A stretch of 64,000 bases of DNA from Clostridiales bacterium (GTDB lineage Bacteria > Bacillota > Clostridia > Lachnospirales > Vallitaleaceae): positions 3,368 through 67,367 of the forward strand of contig JAGXFY010000045.1 in the NCBI GenBank assembly GCA_024636985.1, read 5' to 3'. Every line of letters begins with the position of its first letter. Position 1 is the stretch's first letter. The notes beneath the pieces were generated by a model. That model was not told where the DNA came from. It was given only the letters and a program-made list of their open reading frames with translations, and searched no databases. The position numbers were made by a program, and so were the translations under genes. This document shows, in pieces, positions 1 to 9,144 of this stretch.

Positions 1-1
1 C

Positions 2-496
2 ATTGCTATGGGTCTTGGTGTGACTTTTGTGCTTTTGGCAAGTTCGATGTCAACTTCAATTATACGTAAGTTCATACCTACCAAGGTAAGAATGGTTACC
101 TATATGGTTTTGATTTCAACCTTTGTTATCGCCTTTCAGGGATTCCTACAAGCTTATTTTTTTGAATTAAGTAAAGCCTTAGGTGCTTACACGGGACTAA
201 TTATTACTAACTGTATCGTCATGGGTAGAGCAGAAGCTTTTGCTATAAAGAACCCCATACATTTTTCGGCTTTAGATGCACTTGCCAATGGCCTGGGGTA
301 TATGTTCACATTAATTGTTATATCCGTTGTAAGAGAGGTATTAGCCTTTGGAACATTACTGGGTATACAAGTAGTAGGGGACGGGTTTGTTACCTGGACG
401 GTTATGGCGATGGCACCGGGAGCATTTTTCGTTATGGCCATTTATATGTGGATTATGAGAACAATTGCTAAGCTTAATATAGAATCAGCATCCTAA
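2..496 (+). CDS. rnfE: RnfE/NqrD-family electron transport membrane subunit (5' end outside window)
   Basis: Hydrophobic ORF open from the window edge with the family motif LIITNCIVMGRAEAFA; directly upstream of an RnfA/NqrE-type gene. Confidence 0.85.
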   Translation: MAMGLGVTFVLLASSMSTSIIRKFIPTKVRMVTYMVLISTFVIAFQGFLQAYFFELSKALGAYTGLIITNCIVMGRAEAFAIKNPIHFSALDALANGLGYMFTLIVISVVREVLAFGTLLGIQVVGDGFVTWTVMAMAPGAFFVMAIYMWIMRTIAKLNIESAS

Positions 497-535
497 AAAA
501 CATCAAAGAAAGTATCTTAGAAGGGAGTTCGGCTT

Positions 536-1117
536 ATGGAAGGATTAATTAATATTTTTATGGCATCAGTATTAACCCATAACATTGCACTGACCTATAT
601 ATTGGGTATGTGCCCCTTAATTGCTATTTCAAAGAATCTAAAAACAGCAAAAGGTATGGGCGCTTCTGTCATTCTTGTTATTACTTTGACAGCAACCATC
701 AATTGGCCCATCTATCAATTGCTTAAGAATAACAATGCCGAGAGCATCAGTTTATTAATATTTATCATTACGATAGCTGCAACGGTTCAATTCCTAGAGA
801 TTTTTTTAGACAAATACTTGCCGGCGCTTTATAATGCTTTCGGGATATTTCTTCCGCTTATTACGGTAAACTGCGCAGTGCTTGCCGTTTCTTTGTTTAT
901 GGTTAACAGAACCTTCGGTTTCTTTGAAACAGTATTTTTTGGTTTTGGTTCAGGAACAGGTTGGGCGCTTGCGATTACCATCATTGCAGCTATAAGGGAA
1001 AAGATGGCATTGGTTAGCAAAGTGCCTGACGGTTTACAAGGTGCAGGTATCGTCATGATTATTGCAGGTATAATATCTCTTGGTTTCATGGGATTTATTG
1101 GCGTCGTTGGTTTTTAG
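536..1117 (+). CDS. rnfA: RnfA/NqrE-family electron transport membrane subunit
   Basis: LGMCP and FLPLITVNCAVL motifs; 193 aa, multi-pass membrane protein. Confidence 0.87.
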   Translation: MEGLINIFMASVLTHNIALTYILGMCPLIAISKNLKTAKGMGASVILVITLTATINWPIYQLLKNNNAESISLLIFIITIAATVQFLEIFLDKYLPALYNAFGIFLPLITVNCAVLAVSLFMVNRTFGFFETVFFGFGSGTGWALAITIIAAIREKMALVSKVPDGLQGAGIVMIIAGIISLGFMGFIGVVGF

Positions 1118-1138
1118 AGATAAATAAGCATTGGTATA

Positions 1139-1261
1139 ATGGTTAAGGTGTCAAAACTATATAGTTGAACTTTCGCATACAATATATAGTTATGAATGTA
1201 TCAACGTAATTTATATATTGTATGTGAACTTAGTGAAACTTAGTTTTGACCCTATAACCAT
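1139..1261. repeat. Long imperfect inverted repeat (rod-like hairpin) between rnfA and the NqrF-like gene
   Basis: GGTTAAGGTGTCAAAACTA (1141-1159) pairs with TAGTTTTGACCCTATAACC (1241-1259); inner 17-bp stem 1172-1188 with 1212-1228. Confidence 0.75.
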
Positions 1262-1298
1262 AATTGCAATATCTTAGATCAGATTGTGAGGTATAGAT

Positions 1299-2372
1299 AT
1301 GAATGTTCCGATTATTTTAGTGGTCACACTAACCATCATAGCGATTTTGATAGCACTTTTGGATGTCCTTTTAGGTAGCAAAAGTGAGAAGAAGATAATA
1401 ATAAACGATCAAAAAACCATACCAGTAACAGGTGATAATACGTTACTAAATCATCTCTCAGCCAATAAGATATTCATTCCATCTGCATGTGGTGGTAAAG
1501 CAACATGTGGACAATGTAAAGTAAAGGTAACAGAAGGTGGCGGAGAGACCCTAGCAACTGAGACTGGATTATTAAGCCTTCAAGAACGTAAGGATCAAGT
1601 ACGATTGTCGTGTCAATGTAAGGTGAAAGGGGACATAAAAATTAGTATTCCGGAAGCCTTGCTTAATGCTCAGGAATTCAAGACGGAAGTTATGGGTATT
1701 GAGGATTTGACCCATGATATTAAGCTGGTACGTTTTAAGCTGATTCAACCAACGACCATAGACTTTAAACCGGGACAATATGCACAAATTGAGGTACCTG
1801 GTCTTGAAATACAAAGAGCCTATTCTATAGCCTCAAATCCTAAAGAAACAGATTTTCTAGAATTGATTATCAGACTGGTTCCAAAAGGTGAAGCCACAAC
1901 TTTTGTTCATAGAGCATTAGAGGTTGGTGACCGGATCAGATTACTTGGTCCTTTTGGTAGTTTCTTTCTACAAGAACATTCTGACAGGGATATTATATGT
2001 ATAGCCGGCGGATCCGGAAAAGCACCTATTCGGTCTATTCTTTACTATTTAAGGGACCATGGGATGAACCGTAAAGTCAAATACTTCTTTGGTGCTAAGA
2101 CAGCTAAGGACTTATATTATACAGAAGAGTTTCAAGAGTTGGCAAAAGAATTTCCGAATTTTCAATACATTCCGGCTTTATCTGAACCGAATGAAGAAGA
2201 CCATTGGCAGGGCGAAGTAGGTTTGATTACCGATGTGGTTGACAGACATAGTAAGAATCTTGAAGAGCATGAGGCTTATCTATGTGGTTCCCCGGGCATG
2301 ATTGATGCTTGTTTTGCTGTGTTAGAACGAAATGGTATGCCATCAGAACGTATTTATTGTGATAGATTCTAG
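1299..2372 (+). CDS. NqrF-like / aromatic-monooxygenase-reductase-like 2Fe-2S + FAD + NAD(P)H oxidoreductase with N-terminal membrane anchor
   Basis: N-terminal TM helix; CGGKATCGQC...C 2Fe-2S motif; RAYS FAD motif; AGGSGKAP and YLCGSPGM NAD-binding motifs; ends in DRF. Confidence 0.85.
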   Translation: MNVPIILVVTLTIIAILIALLDVLLGSKSEKKIIINDQKTIPVTGDNTLLNHLSANKIFIPSACGGKATCGQCKVKVTEGGGETLATETGLLSLQERKDQVRLSCQCKVKGDIKISIPEALLNAQEFKTEVMGIEDLTHDIKLVRFKLIQPTTIDFKPGQYAQIEVPGLEIQRAYSIASNPKETDFLELIIRLVPKGEATTFVHRALEVGDRIRLLGPFGSFFLQEHSDRDIICIAGGSGKAPIRSILYYLRDHGMNRKVKYFFGAKTAKDLYYTEEFQELAKEFPNFQYIPALSEPNEEDHWQGEVGLITDVVDRHSKNLEEHEAYLCGSPGMIDACFAVLERNGMPSERIYCDRF

Positions 2373-2430
2373 TTTTCTTATATGTGTTTAGACATAACGT
2401 TTCAAATTATAGAATTAAGAGAGGTGTATA

Positions 2431-2613
2431 ATGGACATCAAAGTCGGGCAAGTATTGCGTCTGAAAAAAGGTCATCCTTGTGGTTCATTTGAGTGGGAAG
2501 TTCTAAGGACAGGCATTGATTTTAAGCTTAAGTGTAAGGGCTGTGGGCATCTGGTTATGATACCTAGAGTCAAGCTTGAGAAAAACATAAAAGAGATTAG
2601 AGAAACCCAATAA
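2431..2613 (+). CDS. DUF951 (YyzM-like) small protein
   Basis: LKKGHPCGSFEWEVLRTGIDFKLKCKGCGH pattern; usual position upstream of rpsF in Firmicutes. Confidence 0.85.
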   Translation: MDIKVGQVLRLKKGHPCGSFEWEVLRTGIDFKLKCKGCGHLVMIPRVKLEKNIKEIRETQ

Positions 2614-2629
2614 ACGTCAAAACTAACAG

Positions 2630-2658
2630 TTGCAAATAAGTCCTTAATATGGTATCAT
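2630..2658 (+). promoter_or_regulatory. SigA-type promoter for rpsF-ssb-rpsR
   Basis: TTGCAA (2630-2635), 17 bp, extended TGn-TATCAT (2653-2658). Confidence 0.6.
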
Positions 2659-2699
2659 GTATTCTTGTATGTGGATAGCTATGCCTATCTACAATAATA

Positions 2700-2769
2700 A
2701 AATAATATCCTTGCTCATTATAGTCATGACGACTTAGGGGTGGGCCAAAGACCAGAAGGAGGTGCCAAG
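2700..2769 (+). promoter_or_regulatory. S6:S18-type ribosomal protein leader RNA
   Basis: CCTTGCTC...GGGCCAAAGACC-AGAAGGAGG directly before rpsF, resembling the known autoregulatory rpsF leader. Confidence 0.6.
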
Positions 2770-3057
2770 ATGAATACTTATGAATTAGCATTAGTACTTA
2801 ATGGCAAATTAGAAGAAGAAGCAAAGACTGAAGCCTTTGAAAAAGTAAAAGGTTATATCGAAAAATTTGGTGGTAACGTTGTCAATGTAGACGACTGGGG
2901 TAAGCGTAAATTAGCTTATGAGATCCAAAAAATGCGTGACGGTTTTTACTACTTTATTACTTTTGAAGCAACTTCAGAAGTGCCAGCAGAAGTAGAAAAG
3001 CGTATTCGTATTATGGAATCAATTTTACGTTTCTTAATCGTTAGCAAAGTAGCATAA
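2770..3057 (+). CDS. rpsF: 30S ribosomal protein S6
   Basis: DDWGKRKLAYEIQK motif; ATG at 2770 after AGGAGG (the ORF track start at 2740 is too early). Confidence 0.97.
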   Translation: MNTYELALVLNGKLEEEAKTEAFEKVKGYIEKFGGNVVNVDDWGKRKLAYEIQKMRDGFYYFITFEATSEVPAEVEKRIRIMESILRFLIVSKVA

Positions 3058-3078
3058 AACAAAAAGGGGGTAACGACT

Positions 3079-3525
3079 ATGAACAAAGTAATTCTTATGG
3101 GGAGACTTACTAGAGATCCTGAAGTGAGATACACACAAGGTGCTGAACCTTTAGCGATTGCAAGATATTCTCTAGCGGTCAACAAACGTTTCAAAAAAGA
3201 GGGACAGCCGGACGCAGATTTTATTAACATCGTGGCATTTGGCCGCGAAGGTGAATTTGCTGAAAAGTATTTTAAAAAAGGACAAATGGTTTCCGTAGTA
3301 GGAAGACTTCAGACAGGTTCCTATACAGACAAAGACGGTGTTAAGAAATATACAACGGATGTTGTCGTAGAAGAGCAACACTTTGCAGAAAGCAAGCGTT
3401 CTTATGAAGAGCATGCAACAGCAAGTGGCGGTCAGGACGGTTCTAGCGTTAAAGCACCCACAAATAATCAATCAGAAGGATTCGTAGCAATAGATAATTT
3501 TGATGATGACGATCTACCATTCTAA
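3079..3525 (+). CDS. ssb: Single-stranded DNA-binding protein
   Basis: MNKVILMGRLTRDPEVRYT N-terminus; acidic DDDDLPF C-terminus. Confidence 0.97.
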   Translation: MNKVILMGRLTRDPEVRYTQGAEPLAIARYSLAVNKRFKKEGQPDADFINIVAFGREGEFAEKYFKKGQMVSVVGRLQTGSYTDKDGVKKYTTDVVVEEQHFAESKRSYEEHATASGGQDGSSVKAPTNNQSEGFVAIDNFDDDDLPF

Positions 3526-3555
3526 ACGATATTACTAAGCAAAGGAGGTAAGCTT

Positions 3556-3789
3556 GTGGCTTTCCAAAAAAAGAGATTTAAAAGAAAAAGACGTGTATGT
3601 GTTTTCTGTGAAGAAAAACAAAACACAATGAACTATAAAGATGTTAATAAGTTAAGAAGATTTGTATCTGAGAGAGGTAAAATACTTCCTAGAAGAATCA
3701 CAGGAAACTGTGCAAAACATCAAAGAGCTGTAACGATTGCAATCAAACAATCAAGACATGTATCCTTGATGCCTTATACTTTAGATTAA
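3556..3789 (+). CDS. rpsR: 30S ribosomal protein S18 (Zn-binding Cys form)
   Basis: CVFC...NYKDV...[23 protein letters not shown]; GTG start after AGGAGG. Confidence 0.97.
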   Translation: MAFQKKRFKRKRRVCVFCEEKQNTMNYKDVNKLRRFVSERGKILPRRITGNCAKHQRAVTIAIKQSRHVSLMPYTLD

Positions 3790-3795
3790 TATTTT

Positions 3796-3832
3796 GGGCT
3801 TTTCATGACTTAGGTTGTGGGAGGCTCTTTTT
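3796..3832 (+). terminator. Intrinsic terminator after rpsR
   Basis: GGGCTTTTCATGAC / GTTGTGGGAGGCTC stem (G-U rich) followed by a T tract. Confidence 0.7.
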
Positions 3833-3846
3833 ATTATTAAGTAAAG

Positions 3847-3875
3847 TTGAGTTATGAACTATTAGATGATATAAT
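3847..3875 (+). promoter_or_regulatory. SigA-type promoter for gdpP-rplI-dnaB
   Basis: TTGAGT, 17 bp, TGn-TATAAT (3870-3875). Confidence 0.6.
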
Positions 3876-3934
3876 ATCTAAGTGTTAAAATGCTCAATAA
3901 AGAGCATGTGGTTTTAGAAAAAGAGGTAGACAAT

Positions 3935-6010
3935 ATGAATCAGAAGAAGCAAGTGGCTTTTAATCAGCGCATTCAGAAGTTTTTTACATGGCCCCTATTT
4001 TATATGATCGTTATAACGTTTATGACCATTGTTATGTTGATTATTGAAAGAAGTATGGGTATCTTTTTTGTTATATTATGGCTGATTGCTGGTGTGATTG
4101 GTTACTTCATGAATAGAACAACAAGAAAGCATTTGATGAGTGAGGTTATTAATTTTGCCCTTAGTTTTTCAGGTGTTCAAAAGGATTACCTTGATAAATT
4201 AGAGCTACCCAATGTTATATTAGACCCTGAAGCAAAAATTAGGTGGTGCAATGAAGCGTTTAACATATTGGTTGGTACCATGGATGATGTAGATGAAAGT
4301 AAAATCATTGAAATGAACATCAATGATATTATCCCCAGTTTGAATAGGGAAATGTTACCTTCTGAAATGGAAGGACAGATTGAAAAAATATTTGAAATCG
4401 GTGAGCGTCATTACAGGGTTATAGCCAAACATATGCGTATAGAGATGAATTCTAAAGAGCTAGATCTTGTAAACCTTACAGAAAATGAAGAGCAGTTGCT
4501 GTATACACTTTATTTTTTTGATATTTCTAAAGAACGCATGCTTGAGCAAAAAAACAATGATCAAAAAGCGGTTGCAGCCCTTATCTATATTGATAATTAT
4601 GAAGAGGTCTTAAACAGCATCGAAGATGTAAGACGTCCTCTGCTGGTAGCATTGATTGATCGAAATCTAAGCAAATTCGCCAACAAAATAGACGGTGTTC
4701 TGAAAAAATTTGAAAAAGATCAGTATATCCTTGTTTTTCAGCAAAAATATATGGAAGAGTTAAAGAATAATAAGTTTAGTATATTAGATGAAATACGCAG
4801 TATTAGTATAGGGAATGAACTTCCCGTAACTATGAGTATGGGCATCGGTATCAATGAATTTTCTTATTTACAGTCGGTGGAGTTTGGCAGAATGGCCTTA
4901 GATCTTGCCTTAGGTCGAGGTGGCGATCAAGCGGTTGTTAAGAAAAACGATAAGTTTTCTTTTTATGGTGGCAAAACCCGTGGCGTAGAAAAAAGCACCC
5001 GTGTGAAAGCAAGAATAAAGGCTTATGCCTTTAGAGAACTGATTGAAGAAAGCGATCGTGTCATCATAATGGGACACAAACGTCAAGATTTAGATTCACT
5101 GGGTGCGGCTGTGGGCATATATGCCTGTGCCAAGTTGCTGGATAAACCGGCGAATATTGTTATTAATGATGTAACTTCATCCGTCAAAACTCTTCATACG
5201 CAACTGGTTGAAAACGACCATTATCCTAAGAATCTGTTTGTAACCGGACAGGAAGCCATCAGCTATATAAAAGAAAAAACGTTATTGGTGGTTGTGGATG
5301 TTAACCGACCATCTTATACAGAACATATGGAGCTTTTAGACTATTTTAAAAACATTGTGGTCTTTGATCACCACAGAGTAAGTTCAGAACCCATTGAAAA
5401 TCCGGTTCTGAGTTATATCGAATCTTATGCTTCTTCCACATGCGAAATGGTGACAGAGATTCTAAGATATATATCCGACAAAGTGAAATTAGAACCGATT
5501 GAAGCAGACGCCTTGTTTGCAGGGATTACCGTCGATACCAAAAACTTTGTCATTAAGACGGGTGTTAAGACTTTTGAAGCAGCGGCTTTTCTTAAAAGAA
5601 GTGGTGCTGATGTTATTCGGGTTAGAGGTTTCTTTAAAAATGATATGGCCTCTTACAAAGCCAAAGCCACAGCAGTTAGGGACTGTCAGATTTATAGCGA
5701 TCATATGGCGATATCCGTTTGTCCTTCAGATGTTGAGAACCCATCTCTTGTGGCGGCACAAGCCGCAGATGAACTCCTGAATATTTCAGATATCAAAGCA
5801 TCATTTGTGTTATCGGACATTGAGGGGACCATTTATATCAGTGCAAGATCTTATGATAGTATCAACGTACAACTCATTATGGAAAAACTGGGTGGTGGTG
5901 GTCATCTTAGTGTGGCTGGTGCACAGATTCCGAATGAAACCATAGATGGTGTTATTATAAAATTAAAAGAAGCTTTGGACAATTATTCAGAGGAAGGTGA
6001 AACAACATGA
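3935..6010 (+). CDS. gdpP: c-di-AMP phosphodiesterase GdpP (YybT family)
   Basis: Two N-terminal TM helices, degenerate GGDQA, DHH motif (FDHHR), GGGGH DHHA1 motif; upstream of rplI; probable ATG 3935 after AGAGGT. Confidence 0.93.
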   Translation: MNQKKQVAFNQRIQKFFTWPLFYMIVITFMTIVMLIIERSMGIFFVILWLIAGVIGYFMNRTTRKHLMSEVINFALSFSGVQKDYLDKLELPNVILDPEAKIRWCNEAFNILVGTMDDVDESKIIEMNINDIIPSLNREMLPSEMEGQIEKIFEIGERHYRVIAKHMRIEMNSKELDLVNLTENEEQLLYTLYFFDISKERMLEQKNNDQKAVAALIYIDNYEEVLNSIEDVRRPLLVALIDRNLSKFANKIDGVLKKFEKDQYILVFQQKYMEELKNNKFSILDEIRSISIGNELPVTMSMGIGINEFSYLQSVEFGRMALDLALGRGGDQAVVKKNDKFSFYGGKTRGVEKSTRVKARIKAYAFRELIEESDRVIIMGHKRQDLDSLGAAVGIYACAKLLDKPANIVINDVTSSVKTLHTQLVENDHYPKNLFVTGQEAISYIKEKTLLVVVDVNRPSYTEHMELLDYFKNIVVFDHHRVSSEPIENPVLSYIESYASSTCEMVTEILRYISDKVKLEPIEADALFAGITVDTKNFVIKTGVKTFEAAAFLKRSGADVIRVRGFFKNDMASYKAKATAVRDCQIYSDHMAISVCPSDVENPSLVAAQAADELLNISDIKASFVLSDIEGTIYISARSYDSINVQLIMEKLGGGGHLSVAGAQIPNETIDGVIIKLKEALDNYSEEGETT

Positions 6011-6453
6011 AAATAGTATTACTAGAAGATGTAAAAAAAGTAGGTAAAAAAGGCGACATTGTAGAGGTCAGTGATGGCTATGGTAGAAACTATTTAATAG
6101 CTAGAAAATTAGGTAAAGAAGCGACCAATGCAGCTATTAATGATGTAAAGCTAAAAAAAGCTACAGAAGCAAGAAAAAAAGAAGATGAACTCAATGAAGC
6201 CAAAGAATTGGGTGTCAAAATAAAAGCATCCTCCATAACCCTAGCGATTAAAGCCGGTGAAGGTGGGAAAACATTTGGATCTGTATCGACAAAAGAGATT
6301 GCGAAAGCTATCTCCGATCAACTTGGCATAGAGGTTGACAAGAAAAAAATGGTCTTAGATGAACCCATTAAGTCCCTTGGTACCCATATTATTAAAATCA
6401 AGCTTCATCCAAAAGTGACAACAGAATTATCGGTTAAAGTTGAAGGAGAATAG
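6007..6453 (+). CDS. rplI: 50S ribosomal protein L9
   Basis: GKKGDIVEVSDGYGRNYLI motif. Confidence 0.97.
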   Translation: MKIVLLEDVKKVGKKGDIVEVSDGYGRNYLIARKLGKEATNAAINDVKLKKATEARKKEDELNEAKELGVKIKASSITLAIKAGEGGKTFGSVSTKEIAKAISDQLGIEVDKKKMVLDEPIKSLGTHIIKIKLHPKVTTELSVKVEGE

Positions 6454-6482
6454 TCTGCATTATTTGAAGCGGACATAACGGG

Positions 6483-7817
6483 GTGACCTATATGGAAGAC
6501 ATTGTAAAACGTATACCGCCACAAAGTTTAGAGGCGGAACAATCGGTTATTGGTTCAATGATTATGGACCGTGAGGCCATCGAATCGGTTAAGGATACAA
6601 TCACAGAAGATGATTTTTATCATCCGGATTTAAAGTTCATATACGAAGCCATGGTTACCTTGTACAACAGGAATAAGCCGGTCGACTTGGTGACGCTACA
6701 ATCACAGTTACAAGACCAGAAGGTCTTAGATCAGATTGGTGGTATTGAATACTTATCGAAACTGGCAATGGCAGTACCTACTTCAGCCCATGCGAAGCAT
6801 TATGCCATGATTGTCAAGGAAAAATCAACCCTTAGAAAGATTATAAAAGCCAGCCAGGAAATCACTGCGGATGCCTATGACGGCACAGTATCCATAGAAA
6901 ATGTATTAAACGGTGCTGAAGAGCGGATTTTTAATATTGTTCAGAAAAATGATTCGGGTGAGTTTACACCTATTGCTCAGCTGGTGAACCCAATGTTGAA
7001 TAAATTGGAGATGTTGACCAAAAACAAAGGCAAGGTCACAGGTATTTCTTCCGGATTTTTGGATTTGGATTACCGTACAGCCGGATTTCAGCCTTCGGAT
7101 TTGGTGTTGGTAGCGGCAAGACCCTCCATGGGTAAAACTGCATTTGCACTGAACGTCGTTCAACATGCTGCCATCAAAGAGGGTAAAGTAGCAGCTATGT
7201 TTAGTCTGGAGATGTCAAAGGATCAGTTACTGAACCGTATGGTCTGTTCTGAAGCCATGGTAGATGCACAGAAAGTAAGGACCGGAGATCTTGAGGACGA
7301 GGACTGGGCAAAAATATCAATGGGTGCAGTGATTTTAGCTGATGCACCGATTTATGTGGATGATACCCCGGGTATTACCATATCAGAAGTTAGGGCAAAA
7401 TGCCGTAAACTAAAAATGGAAAAAGGCTTAGACTTGATTATGATTGACTATTTACAGCTTATGAGTGGGTCAGGCAAGACCCAATCAAGAGAGCAGGAGA
7501 TATCAGAGATCTCAAGGGGTCTAAAAGCCCTTGCAAGAGAAATGAGTGCACCGGTTATCGCATTGTCTCAGCTGTCTCGTGCTTGCGAATCTAGAGCAGA
7601 TCACAGACCCATGTTATCCGACCTTCGAGAATCAGGTGCTATAGAGCAAGATGCCGATGTGGTTATGTTTTTATACAGGGATGAGTATTATCACCCTGAA
7701 TCAGAACTCAAAAATCAAGCAGAGTTGATCATCGCCAAGCAACGTAATGGTCCTACAGGAACCGTTAATCTGGTTTGGATCGGTCAATATACAAAATTCA
7801 AGAATATGGCACAATAA
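6483..7817 (+). CDS. dnaB: Replicative DNA helicase
   Basis: PPQSLEAEQSVIG; Walker A ARPSMGKT; IDYLQL; LRESGAIEQDAD; KQRNGP. Confidence 0.97.
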   Translation: MTYMEDIVKRIPPQSLEAEQSVIGSMIMDREAIESVKDTITEDDFYHPDLKFIYEAMVTLYNRNKPVDLVTLQSQLQDQKVLDQIGGIEYLSKLAMAVPTSAHAKHYAMIVKEKSTLRKIIKASQEITADAYDGTVSIENVLNGAEERIFNIVQKNDSGEFTPIAQLVNPMLNKLEMLTKNKGKVTGISSGFLDLDYRTAGFQPSDLVLVAARPSMGKTAFALNVVQHAAIKEGKVAAMFSLEMSKDQLLNRMVCSEAMVDAQKVRTGDLEDEDWAKISMGAVILADAPIYVDDTPGITISEVRAKCRKLKMEKGLDLIMIDYLQLMSGSGKTQSREQEISEISRGLKALAREMSAPVIALSQLSRACESRADHRPMLSDLRESGAIEQDADVVMFLYRDEYYHPESELKNQAELIIAKQRNGPTGTVNLVWIGQYTKFKNMAQ

Positions 7818-7825
7818 GAACAAAC

Positions 7826-7860
7826 AAAAAACAGAACCGTATATACGGTTCTGTTCTGTT
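7826..7860. terminator. Probable bidirectional terminator between dnaB and the tRNA
   Basis: AACAGAACCGT-ATAT-ACGGTTCTGTT, a perfect 11-bp stem flanked by A-rich and T-rich tracts. Confidence 0.75.
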
Positions 7861-7862
7861 AG

Positions 7863-7935
7863 TGCATGGTAAGGGACTCGAACCCATGACTTCTTCCACG
7901 TCAAGGAAACACTCTACCAGCTGAGTTAACCACGC
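7863..7935 (-). tRNA. tRNA-Val (anticodon GAC)
   Basis: Reverse strand folds as a cloverleaf: acceptor GCGTGGT/ACCATGC, D-arm ACTC-AGCTGGTA-GAGT, anticodon loop TT-GAC-GT, T-loop TTCGAGT; followed by CTA instead of CCA. Confidence 0.95.
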
Positions 7936-7945
7936 CTATGCAACT

Positions 7946-7974
7946 AATTTACCAAGTTTTCACCCAAATGTAAA
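7946..7974 (-). promoter_or_regulatory. SigA-type promoter for tRNA-Val
   Basis: Minus strand TTTACA, 17 bp, TAAATT, about 10 bp upstream of the tRNA 5' end. Confidence 0.55.
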
Positions 7975-8040
7975 GTCATATTTTAAAATTAATTAAAAAA
8001 CTTTGGGATAATCATAAATACGAAAAGGTGGTGTGCATAA

Positions 8041-9144
8041 ATGGATGAAAAAACTGAAATAATAAAAACCAAAAAGCATTGGAAAGAGCATCTAAAAACC
8101 AAAAGGTACTGGATTCTGATAGCGGTTGTTATTGTATTAGCACTCATTCTTTTCAAATTGCCGAATAAAAACGTTTTATCATTAATACAAAAAGAGCCGG
8201 AAAGTCACAATCTAAAAATTCATAGCCCTTTAAATGAAAGAATCATTATACCTATTATTAAGGAATTTCAGGAGACCACAGGTATACAAGTGGAATACCT
8301 GTCCGCAGGTACTATGGATCTTCTTGAATCTTTAGATAATAAGGAAGATAAATATCTCATGGACGTCATGTGGGGTGGTAGTAAGGAGTATTTGAATATC
8401 TATAAAAACTTATTTGAGCCCTATACATCCATCTATGATCATGAGATTCATCAAAGTTATAACGATAACGAGAATTACTTTTTGGGTTATAATCTATTAC
8501 CCATTGTGTTGATTTATAATACTAAGTTGGTTTCACCGGATGAAGTACCAAAATCTTGGATGGATATTCTTGATCCTAAATGGAGAGGTAAGCTGGCATT
8601 TGTAGATCCAAGTACATCCGGTTCTGCCTTTATTGCACTATCTTTTATGCTAAATCTCAATCAAACAGGGTCTGAATATAACTGGAAAAATGCTGAAAAG
8701 CTATTGGATAATTTGAATGGTAAAATATTAGCAAAGTCATCAGAAGTCTATGAAGGTGTTGCAAATGGTGATTTCGCTATTGGTATAACTATGGAGGAAG
8801 CGGCCATATCCTATCTTCATAGAGGTGAGGATGTAGGAATCGTTTATTTCGAGGAAGGTACACCGGTAATAACAGATTCTATTGCACTTATGAAAGACGC
8901 AAAAAACAAAGAAGAAGCAAAAGCTTTTATTGATTTTGTACTTAGTAAAAAGGTCCAGACATATATGGTGGATCAATTTTATTTGCGTTCAATCAGAAAA
9001 GATGTCGAGGTGCCACTGGGTCTGATGCCTATGGACGAGCTGAATATTTTTGACGCAGGGCATTTGGATACATATGAAAGAAAGTCCAGTGTATTAAGTA
9101 ATTGGCGGGACAAGGTTATTATGAGGGTACAAGATGGTGAATAA
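8041..9144 (+). CDS. Membrane-anchored extracellular solute-binding protein (Fe3+/phosphorylated-metabolite SBP superfamily; HptA/PgtC-like sensor)
   Basis: N-terminal TM anchor without a lipobox; DVMWGG, YNTKLV, PKSWMDILDPKWRGK, DPSTSGSA motifs; overlaps the kinase gene. Confidence 0.8.
   Translation: MDEKTEIIKTKKHWKEHLKTKRYWILIAVVIVLALILFKLPNKNVLSLIQKEPESHNLKIHSPLNERIIIPIIKEFQETTGIQVEYLSAGTMDLLESLDNKEDKYLMDVMWGGSKEYLNIYKNLFEPYTSIYDHEIHQSYNDNENYFLGYNLLPIVLIYNTKLVSPDEVPKSWMDILDPKWRGKLAFVDPSTSGSAFIALSFMLNLNQTGSEYNWKNAEKLLDNLNGKILAKSSEVYEGVANGDFAIGITMEEAAISYLHRGEDVGIVYFEEGTPVITDSIALMKDAKNKEEAKAFIDFVLSKKVQTYMVDQFYLRSIRKDVEVPLGLMPMDELNIFDAGHLDTYERKSSVLSNWRDKVIMRVQDGE

Noticed and set aside
7863-7935. 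tRNA-Val as the attachment site of an integrated island
   Set aside because: The tRNA 3' end faces dnaB with only a terminator between them; no duplicated 3' fragment or integrase was seen.
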